A stretch of DNA of 20,000 bases from Rhizaria sp. SCN 62-66 (Eukaryota). The translations under genes and the position numbers were made by a program. This document shows positions 8,192 through 15,947 of the stretch, one piece after another. Under the pieces are notes generated by a model. It was not told the origin of the DNA and made no database searches. It was given only the letters and a program-made list of their open reading frames with translations. Location: positions 44,418-64,417 of the forward strand of contig MEDY01000268.1 of NCBI GenBank assembly GCA_001724265.1, read 5' to 3'. Each line of letters opens with the position of its first letter. Position 1 is the stretch's first letter.

Positions 8192-11100
8192 TCAAGCCGT
8201 GCCCTCACGCCTCTCATCAGTGAGTGTCATCAGCACTGCGACCTGTCCATCACCAATACTCACCGTCTGCGCGACGTGCTGCATGAGTACCGCGCTGCGC
8301 AGCACGGTCGGCGTCGTGCGGTCGCTGCCTTCGCCGCCGCCCCAGCGCCAGACCTCGCCGCGCGGCGTGAGCCCCAGCGTGAAGCCCGCGCCGGCGACGA
8401 AATCGACGAGGCGCCGCCACGGCTGCAGCGGCCGGAAGCCCGACGTCAGCTCCACGGGCGCCGCCGTGAGCCCGCCGGAAGTGGTCGCAGCCAGCGTACT
8501 GTATCGGCGCCGCCCCGCCGCGCCCGCCGCGGCCAGCGCGGCGGAGTTGAACGCAGCGCTGCCACCACCACCGGCGGCAGCGTCGGCGGCGTCGGGCGGC
8601 AGGTGGCCGAGACTGAGGGCGCCAAAGCGGCCGCCCGCGGATCGCAGCAGCAGACCGGCGGCGCGGGCCGCGATGCTGCCGGACGCCACGGGCGACGGCG
8701 ACAGCGGGTCCTTGCTGCCGTCGGCGTGGCCGCGAGACTGGCCGGAGACGGGAACAGCGAGCGTTTGCGACTGCGAGAGAGGGAAGTTGGTGCGCCCAGT
8801 CGTCGTCGTCGTCGTCGGCGTCGCCGTCGTCAAACTAGCGCTGTTGCTGTGGCCGATGCCGTGCAGCTGGGCCTGCGAGTGCGACGGTGTGATGAGTGGC
8901 GAAGGCAGCGGCGACAGCTCAACATGCTTCGAGTTTGAGCTTATCGACGGCGTAGTCACCGTAGTTGGCATTGTACCACTGTTTGCGCTTGTGTCGATGA
9001 CGGGCGGCCGCTGGAGGAGCGAGAATGAGGCGCCGGGAGCAAAAATAGACTTGCGGTCGCGCATCGGCCCGGCTAAGGGAGTGCTGACATTGCTGTCCGG
9101 CGGCGCAGTGGCGGAGTTGTGCTTCGCGGGCTTGCAAGGTGTCTGCGTAAACGGACTAAGTTCGTCGCAATTTTCGCTGATATTCTTGCGTTGCGTGCTA
9201 CCGTTATTGCCCGCACTCGCCTCAGCGCCTTCCGCAATACTTGACGTCTGCAGTGAAGAGCTCGCCGCTGCACCGCTGCCAGTGCTGCTTCTGTTTCTGC
9301 TCGCGGTTGCTGTGTTCGCGTGCGTGTTAGTGCGCACGGTCGAGTACAGCCGACCTTCTTCACTGAGCACCGCGGCGTGGTCCATGCCCGCGCTGACCTT
9401 AAAGGCCTGCACGCGGAACAGCGACATCACCAGCTGCGGCTCCGCGATCACGCGGTCGCTGCGCGCGTGGCCCAGCTGTCCGTTGTCGTTGAGTCCCCAG
9501 GAGTAGACGTTGCCGTCGCGGCCGACCGCGTAGGTGAACCCGTGTCCGCACGAGACCTGTGTCCACCACTCGACCCACTGCGGCCGGCTCAGCTTGCGCG
9601 GCTTGACTACGACAGGCGGCACCGCGCGCGACGGGTCGTCGGTCGGGTGTCCCAGCTGGCCCTGCAGCGATACGCCCCACGTGTAGAGCGCGCCTGTCGA
9701 CGTCACGGCCGCGGCGTGCGTCAGGCCGACCGAGATGGCGGCCACGGCGCGCCCGCTGAGGTCCGGCACGGGGAACGGCAGCAGGGCGTCGTACTCGCCC
9801 GCGGCCGGCGGCGCCGTCGGCAGCGTGAGGAACGGCACCGTGTGCGCGGTCGCGATGCGGCGACGCAGCTGCGACGGACTCCCGCCCATCGGCGACGACG
9901 ACGACAACATGGCGGAGATGCCCGCGGGGCTACGGGGCGAGAACGGCGACTGCGGGCCCTGTGACTGCGACTGCTGCTGCTGCTGCTGCTGCTGCTGTTG
10001 ACGCGAGGGCGAGTGCAGCATGCGACGCGCCTCGGCCAGCGCGGCCGCAGAGAAGTTAGGCCGCCCGTTGCTGTAATTGTGGTTCGCTCCCATCGCGGAC
10101 GACTCAGCAATGAGACTCAGCGCGCCGCCGCTCGGAGCGTCGTTCTGCGCGGCGGCCGCGGCAGCCTGGTCCATGAGACGCAGCAAGTCGGTCGCAATTG
10201 TGCCGCGCTTCACCAACGCCGGCGGCTGCTGTGAGCCCCCCGCGCCGCCAGAGCCCACGGTGGCGCCGGCAACAATACTGCTGACACTGGTCGAGAGCTG
10301 GCGTGCAAACGGAGACATGGGCGTGCCGGGGGACATGCCGCCAGACGCACTGTCGCTGCCACTCTGCTGCTGCTGCTGCTGTTGCTGTTGCTGTCCAGTA
10401 CTGACGACGCCACCCTCGCCGAAGTGCCGCGCCGCGGCGAAAGCGGCTGCGGCTGCGGCGGCGTTGCGCGAGAGCACGCGCACGATCTCCTCGTTGGGGC
10501 CCGCGCCCTTGGCGGCAGCGCGGCGGGCCTTCTCGCGAGTGCGCCGCGCGGCCTCGTTCGCGCGCCGCGCCGCCGGGTCGGCGCTGTCGATGCCGAGCAC
10601 GCCGAACGCGCCGGAGCCGCAGGAGAAGACGCTGTCGTCGTCAGTGATGAAGAACGACCAGTGCCGGCCCGCGGCGACGGCGACGACGACGGCGCGCGCG
10701 AGCAGCGACGAGCCATGGTGCAGCGAGCACGGCCGCGGGCGAGGCGCGCGGTCGCCCAGCCCGAGCTGGCCGTAGGCGTTGTCGCCACAAGAGAAGGCCT
10801 GGCCGCGGTCCGTCAGCAGCAGCGTGTGGCGCCCGCCCAGCGCGATGCTGGCCACGGACTCGCGCAGCCGCAGTAGCGTCGGCGTAGCCACAGGAGGGAT
10901 CCCCGCAAAGGCCTTGACAATAAACGTATGCGACGGCGCTGGCGCGGCGATGGTCGGCGCCGCTGCGCCGGTGAGCGCGGGCGGCGCGGACTTGCTGTCG
11001 AGCGGTCCCAGACCGATCTGCGCGGTGCCGGCCTCGCCCCAGACGAAGGGCAGCGTGACGGTGCTGACGAGCGCGGCGGAGCGGTTCTGCTGCTGCTGCA

Positions 11101-14100
11101 CCATCAGCGGCGACGACGACAGCGAAAACACAGACGGACGCGCCTGCCGCAGCGGGCCCAACGACGGCGACGGAGCCGTCACCGGCGTGCGCTGCAGAGT
11201 GCGCAGTAGACGCTTGTGGCCCGCGACAAGGCGGTCGACGGAGAAGCCGATGTCGAAGGCCTCGTCCGTCTCATCTGCATCGCTTTGGCCCGCCGCCCTG
11301 GCAGAGGGCTTGCCACTGGATTTGCTGTCATCGCCACTGACGTCGTCGGCGTCGCTAGTTGTTGTGTCCATGCGTCTGTCGGCGCCAGACTCGGATTCGT
11401 TCTCGTGATCGTTAGCGTCGTCATCGTCGCTGTCGCTTTGGTCCTTGAGGTTGAACGTGCGCACGCCGTCGACCTTCGCTCTCAGCTTGCCGCCGCCAGC
11501 GTCACCGCCATGCGCGAGGGACGGCGGCAGCATCACGTGCGGCAGCGCGTACGCGTGCTTCTTCTTCTTCTTGCCGGTGCCGCTCTTGTGACTCGGACTC
11601 TCAGTTTCATCGTCTTCGAGCGCGTTGAGTGCGGTGGCAACGCGGTTGAGATCCTCCAGCGTCGGCCTATGCGCCAGCGCAAGAAGCAGACTGTGCGCCG
11701 TCTTCTCGTACGCACCGCGCCGCACGCCGCCGCTGTTGACGCTAAGGCGCCGCGCGCCCGCCTCACCGTCCCCCTGCTGCTGTTGCTGCTGTTGCTGGAG
11801 GTGGCTCTGCGCGAGCGCGAGCGCGGGGTCGGCCTCGGTGGTGTGCGACAGCACCGCCGCCGACTCGGGCGCGGGCCGGCGCTGTAGGAAAGACGACAGC
11901 AGGAACTCTTTCTCCTTCTTGGCCGCCGCGCTGAGCTGCACGCTGTCCAGGTCGCGGCGCAGGCGCTCCAGTAGCATCGCGTCCGCCTTGCCCGCCAGCA
12001 CGCTGCCGCGGTGGCCGCCCGCGCCCGGGCCCGCGCCGGGGCCGCCGCCGCCCGTCATCGCGGCAGCTGCCGCGTGCGCCGGCAGAAGCAGCGGGCGCAC
12101 GGCGAGGCTTGCTTCGAGCGTCTTGGCAGCGGCCTCGCGCGCGGCCGCCGTCTGCGGCGCCACGATGCGCCGCAGCGCGGCGAGCGTCGCCGCATCGACG
12201 TTGCCCGCGCCGCTGGCCGCGTTCATCACCGGCGACGTGGCCGATGACGGCTGCGATCCAGAGCCAGTGCCAGAGTCAAAGCCGTGTACACTGGAGCCCT
12301 TTGCGGAGATGCTAAAGCCGGGGCGCCCGATGCGGCCGCGCTCGCCCACCCCGGGCTGCGTGCCGACCGTGGGCACCTCGAAGTTAAGCCGCGGACGCTG
12401 GGCGAGCAGCGCTGCGAGCTGCGAGATGCGGGCCGCCGCGAGCGCGTGGCCGCCGCCGCGCGACTGTTGCTGCGCCAAGAGCTCCGACGTGAGCGTCTGT
12501 GTATGGTGGCGGTGCCGCGCGAGAACTGAGCTGCGGTCGCGCGCGCCTGGGCTGCCCATCGCGCCATTCGCGCCGTTGCGCGTCGGCGAGTGCGCGGCTG
12601 CAACGGCTGCGGCAGCGGCGGCGGCCGCGGCGGCTGCGGCTGCGGCGTTGGTGGCGTCCTTACTGCTGACCGGCGCCGCTGTCGCCGCCGCAGCGGGCAC
12701 GGGGGCGCTGACCGTGGGCGCGGCGGTGGCGAGCCGGCGCGTCGTCGAGTTCGAGCTGCTGGCTGCGGCGGCCGCGGCGGCAACGGCGGCGGCGGGCCCC
12801 GGCAGCAGCGTCACCAGCCCCAGCCCCGCGGCGGCGCCGGAGCGTTCGCGCGCGAGGCCAGAAGGCGTGCGGATCTTGCGTAGCGGGCACAGCAGCGCGC
12901 CGTCGGCCGCGGAGGCGTCGCCGTCGCCGATAGCTGCGTCGCCACCGAGGTCGGAATCCGGGCCGAGGCTGCGGTGGCCCGGAAGACTGCCAGTCAGACT
13001 GGGTGCAACACGTGTCGACGCCGTCGCAAGTGCGCTGGCGCCGGAACTTTTCCCGTTGTGAGGAGGCGGCCGGCGCGGCGAAGCTTGCGAGTGCGGCCGC
13101 GGCACCGTGTCGCCGTGGTGTTGCTGTTGCTGTGGTTGCGGAGGCGCGTTCCACGTGTACTCACTGCGGTTCCCGCCGTTGGCGTTGCCGCTGTGTGCGG
13201 AGGCGGGGCGCACGAACGACGCCGTGTCGGTGGGACCCAGCGCGCGCGCGCTCAGCGGCGGCGGGTGCGGCCGTAGCGCCACGGCCGCAGCGCCGCCGCC
13301 ACTGCTTTTGCTGTTGCCGTTCACGCCGCCGTGCGAGACGTTCGCCGCGCTCGATCCCGCGTGACCCGCTGTACCTGTGGCGTGCGCGCCGGAGTTGCTG
13401 TGTGCGGCGATGGCGGCGGAAAGGCTTTGCGGCGCCGCACTGGCGACGCTCCAGCGCGCGCTCGCGGCTACCGCGGCCGCGGCCGTGTGGCCGCGGATGC
13501 GCGCTTCGCTCGCGCTTTCATCCGCGCCGGGCAGCGGCAGCGGCAGCGCCAGTGCGGCGCCGGGGCCGGGGCCAGCGGCGGTCAAGCTGAGACCGAGGCC
13601 GAGAAGGGCGGAGGATGGGAGTGATGTGATTATGTTACTCGACGCGTCCGCCGCGCCGTTGGCCGTTGCAAGGAGCTGCATCGGGGGCTTGAAGTGGCCG
13701 GGCAACGGCGCCGTGAGCCGGAAGCTGCTGTTGGCCGCCCCCGCCCCTGCGCTCTGCTGCCGCCGCTGCAGTCGGTCGTCCACGCTCGCGCGCCCACCGA
13801 CGTTAATATGATGCTGTTGCTGTTGATGAAGAGGAAGCGAGGGCGCCGCGCGAGGGCTGGAGAACAGGCTCGCGAAATGCGACGCTTGCGTCATCGACAT
13901 CGACGGCGACTGCGACTGCGGGCCGCCGCGGGCAACCACGGCGCTAGTGTGCGGCCGCTGCAGAGGTGTGGTGTGTGCGCCGCGCTTGTTGTCACCGGTA
14001 GCAAACCCGTTCGCGTGTGCGAGCACGAGCGTGGCCTTGCGCAGGGCCGCCGCGCTGCCGCCGCCCGTTGTTGGTGTTGTCGCCGCAGTGGCCGAGGATG

Positions 14101-15256
14101 CTGTCGCAAGTGCGCCTTTGCTCGGCAGCGACGAGACGGCGGAGTCAGCGAAGCACGCCACGGTGCCGCCGCTGCTGCGCGTGACGACGACGTCCGCGGC
14201 GACAGCGTCCGCGGCGGCGCGGACGGCGGCGTCCATGCGCGGCGAGTGCAAGTACCCCGCGTGGCTTTGCACCGCGAGCTGACCGCCGCCGCCATTGACC
14301 GAAGAGTGACTGTGCGCTGCAGAGAAGCCGCCACGGGCCGAGCGGAAGCCGGAGGACTGCATATGCGCGTAGCCCGCGCTGGCGAAAGAGCCGCCGCCGT
14401 GGTGGCGGGCAGACTGGCCGCGCGCTGAGTGGCTGGTGTGCGCAGGGGCAGCGGTGGCGACAGGGTTGCCCCAACCGACTGCGCCGCTGCTGCTGGAGCT
14501 GGTGGACATGTTGTATCCGTTGACGTCCGCGCCTGGGACGTCGTCGTCGAACACGGGGTCTGTGGCCGATACCCAGCCACGCGCGCGCTGCGCCGCTGGT
14601 CGGGGCGCAGTCGCAGGCGAGAGCGCGGGAACGTAACCCGTGGCTGTAGGACTCATGAGTACGGGGCCTGCAATGCTTCCTGCGGCGCAGCCGTCAGCCG
14701 AGGGGAGACTGGCCGTGCGGGCCAGAGCGGGGCCGGCGACCACAGACTGCTGTTGTTGGTTCTGAATCTGCTGTTGCTGTGAGAGCGCTGCGGATAGCGA
14801 GAGCGGTGAGACGAGCGAGTGACCGCGGGCGCCGCCGTGGTTGGGGTTGTGTGGGTACGCAGTGCCGGCGCGGGACCGGGAGCGCGCCGACAGCAACGGC
14901 GACACAGCCGTCGTCACAGTCGCGTTGTTGCTGCTGTTGCTGCTGCTGCTGTTGCTGGCGTAGCTGGCGTTGTTGGCGATTGCGTTGGCGTGGGCGTGGT
15001 TGGCCGTGTGGGGGCGCGATAGCTGCGGCGGGGGCGGGTTCGCGCCCGAGCTTGCGGTGGGCAGCGCGGGCGAGTCGACGCCGCCGGGGCCTGAGCCAGG
15101 AGCGAATGCCGACGAACCAGAGACGTAACTGGAGGACGGGGGGCCGGAGGGGGCGACTCCGCTGCACAGAGTTGTGGAGAGGTGCGCAGTGGCAACTGTG
15201 GGGGCGGAGAATGGGTCTGCAAAGCTCGGCAAAAGTGCCGGGAGGGTAGGCTCCAT
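8192..15256 (-). CDS. 2354-aa RCC1-repeat (RCC1/BLIP-II beta-propeller) protein with a long disordered N-terminal region and RPEL-like motifs; apparently a single exon
   Basis: 7065-nt ORF from ATG 15256 (an in-frame TGA lies upstream) to TGA 8194-8192. RCC1 signatures include IALGGRHTLLLTDRGQAFSCGDNAYGQLGLG, VAAGRHWSFFITDDDSVFSCGSGAFGVLG, ISVGLTHAAAVTSTGALYTWGVSLQGQLGH, VSCGHGFTYAVGRDGNVYSWGLNDNGQLGH, VSAGMDHAAVLSEEGRLYS and FVAGAGFTLGLTPRGEVWRWG. Confidence 0.9.
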   Translation of the reverse strand: MEPTLPALLPSFADPFSAPTVATAHLSTTLCSGVAPSGPPSSSYVSGSSAFAPGSGPGGVDSPALPTASSGANPPPPQLSRPHTANHAHANAIANNASYASNSSSSNSSNNATVTTAVSPLLSARSRSRAGTAYPHNPNHGGARGHSLVSPLSLSAALSQQQQIQNQQQQSVVAGPALARTASLPSADGCAAGSIAGPVLMSPTATGYVPALSPATAPRPAAQRARGWVSATDPVFDDDVPGADVNGYNMSTSSSSSGAVGWGNPVATAAPAHTSHSARGQSARHHGGGSFASAGYAHMQSSGFRSARGGFSAAHSHSSVNGGGGQLAVQSHAGYLHSPRMDAAVRAAADAVAADVVVTRSSGGTVACFADSAVSSLPSKGALATASSATAATTPTTGGGSAAALRKATLVLAHANGFATGDNKRGAHTTPLQRPHTSAVVARGGPQSQSPSMSMTQASHFASLFSSPRAAPSLPLHQQQQHHINVGGRASVDDRLQRRQQSAGAGAANSSFRLTAPLPGHFKPPMQLLATANGAADASSNIITSLPSSALLGLGLSLTAAGPGPGAALALPLPLPGADESASEARIRGHTAAAAVAASARWSVASAAPQSLSAAIAAHSNSGAHATGTAGHAGSSAANVSHGGVNGNSKSSGGGAAAVALRPHPPPLSARALGPTDTASFVRPASAHSGNANGGNRSEYTWNAPPQPQQQQHHGDTVPRPHSQASPRRPPPHNGKSSGASALATASTRVAPSLTGSLPGHRSLGPDSDLGGDAAIGDGDASAADGALLCPLRKIRTPSGLARERSGAAAGLGLVTLLPGPAAAVAAAAAAASSSNSTTRRLATAAPTVSAPVPAAAATAAPVSSKDATNAAAAAAAAAAAAAAVAAAHSPTRNGANGAMGSPGARDRSSVLARHRHHTQTLTSELLAQQQSRGGGHALAAARISQLAALLAQRPRLNFEVPTVGTQPGVGERGRIGRPGFSISAKGSSVHGFDSGTGSGSQPSSATSPVMNAASGAGNVDAATLAALRRIVAPQTAAAREAAAKTLEASLAVRPLLLPAHAAAAAMTGGGGPGAGPGAGGHRGSVLAGKADAMLLERLRRDLDSVQLSAAAKKEKEFLLSSFLQRRPAPESAAVLSHTTEADPALALAQSHLQQQQQQQQGDGEAGARRLSVNSGGVRRGAYEKTAHSLLLALAHRPTLEDLNRVATALNALEDDETESPSHKSGTGKKKKKHAYALPHVMLPPSLAHGGDAGGGKLRAKVDGVRTFNLKDQSDSDDDDANDHENESESGADRRMDTTTSDADDVSGDDSKSSGKPSARAAGQSDADETDEAFDIGFSVDRLVAGHKRLLRTLQRTPVTAPSPSLGPLRQARPSVFSLSSSPLMVQQQQNRSAALVSTVTLPFVWGEAGTAQIGLGPLDSKSAPPALTGAAAPTIAAPAPSHTFIVKAFAGIPPVATPTLLRLRESVASIALGGRHTLLLTDRGQAFSCGDNAYGQLGLGDRAPRPRPCSLHHGSSLLARAVVVAVAAGRHWSFFITDDDSVFSCGSGAFGVLGIDSADPAARRANEAARRTREKARRAAAKGAGPNEEIVRVLSRNAAAAAAAFAAARHFGEGGVVSTGQQQQQQQQQQSGSDSASGGMSPGTPMSPFARQLSTSVSSIVAGATVGSGGAGGSQQPPALVKRGTIATDLLRLMDQAAAAAAQNDAPSGGALSLIAESSAMGANHNYSNGRPNFSAAALAEARRMLHSPSRQQQQQQQQQQSQSQGPQSPFSPRSPAGISAMLSSSSPMGGSPSQLRRRIATAHTVPFLTLPTAPPAAGEYDALLPFPVPDLSGRAVAAISVGLTHAAAVTSTGALYTWGVSLQGQLGHPTDDPSRAVPPVVVKPRKLSRPQWVEWWTQVSCGHGFTYAVGRDGNVYSWGLNDNGQLGHARSDRVIAEPQLVMSLFRVQAFKVSAGMDHAAVLSEEGRLYSTVRTNTHANTATASRNRSSTGSGAAASSSLQTSSIAEGAEASAGNNGSTQRKNISENCDELSPFTQTPCKPAKHNSATAPPDSNVSTPLAGPMRDRKSIFAPGASFSLLQRPPVIDTSANSGTMPTTVTTPSISSNSKHVELSPLPSPLITPSHSQAQLHGIGHSNSASLTTATPTTTTTTGRTNFPLSQSQTLAVPVSGQSRGHADGSKDPLSPSPVASGSIAARAAGLLLRSAGGRFGALSLGHLPPDAADAAAGGGGSAAFNSAALAAAGAAGRRRYSTLAATTSGGLTAAPVELTSGFRPLQPWRRLVDFVAGAGFTLGLTPRGEVWRWGGGEGSDRTTPTVLRSAVLMQHVAQTVSIGDGQVAVLMTLTDERREGTA
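9971..10000 (-). repeat. Coding CAG microsatellite, Q10, within an RCC1 insertion
   Basis: (CTG)9 TTG on the plus strand. Confidence 0.9.
10364..10393 (-). repeat. Coding CAG/CAA microsatellite, Q10, within an RCC1 insertion
   Basis: 30 nt of CTG/TTG triplets on the plus strand. Confidence 0.9.
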
Positions 15257-15947
15257 CAGAGTCCGCAGCTGTTGCTTGGAGCAGGAGTGTCGCGAGCTGG
15301 AACGCCAAGGCTTGACGTTGCGAGGCAGGCTTATTCAAGTCGCTCTAGTGAGCTTTCCTAAAGCCAGGTAGTGTACTAGCCAGACAATTTCGAAATTAAA
15401 CAGTACTTCGAACCGACTCTCCGTCTTATATGTCCAATAATCTAAGTGATATGCGTTGCGAGTGGCGCGTGCGAGGGAAGTCGTCGACGAGTTGATGGGT
15501 GAGCTAGTGTAACGGAAGGAGCGCTGAAAGGAGTTATATAAAGAGATAGAACAATGTGATTTTAAGTACAGCGAGGTGTAATCGTAAATTGCCGATCATT
15601 GCGACCGCTAGATCTCCGCACGGATTATAAGTCTCTTGTCAGGTCCTTTCGTTATGACCGTTTCGTCACTGTTCCCAACCTCGCGCCTGGCCACTGTTGT
15701 GACGCAAACTCATAACATCGATTGGACTTGACCAGATCAATACCGCTACAACCGATGTAAAGGTATGTTGATTTATTGTTGCTATAAAACTTAAACACTG
15801 CAATTTTAATACAGCTGCGCGTCACTCTGGCCACGAATCATATTATTATCAGATCATATCCATCGCAGAGAGATGTGTCCACTCCTTCACATTTCTCTTC
15901 GCACAAATCGCTCACACGCTCTTACACCCATACGCTTTCACGCTCAC

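Noticed and set aside
7811-8208. Extra 3' exon of the RCC1 gene via an intron at 8208-7834 (giving ...ERRANAYPP*)
   Set aside because: It is frame-compatible, but the donor C|GTGAGG does not fit the local GTAYG pattern, the intron would be atypically long (375 nt), and the ORF already stops five codons later.
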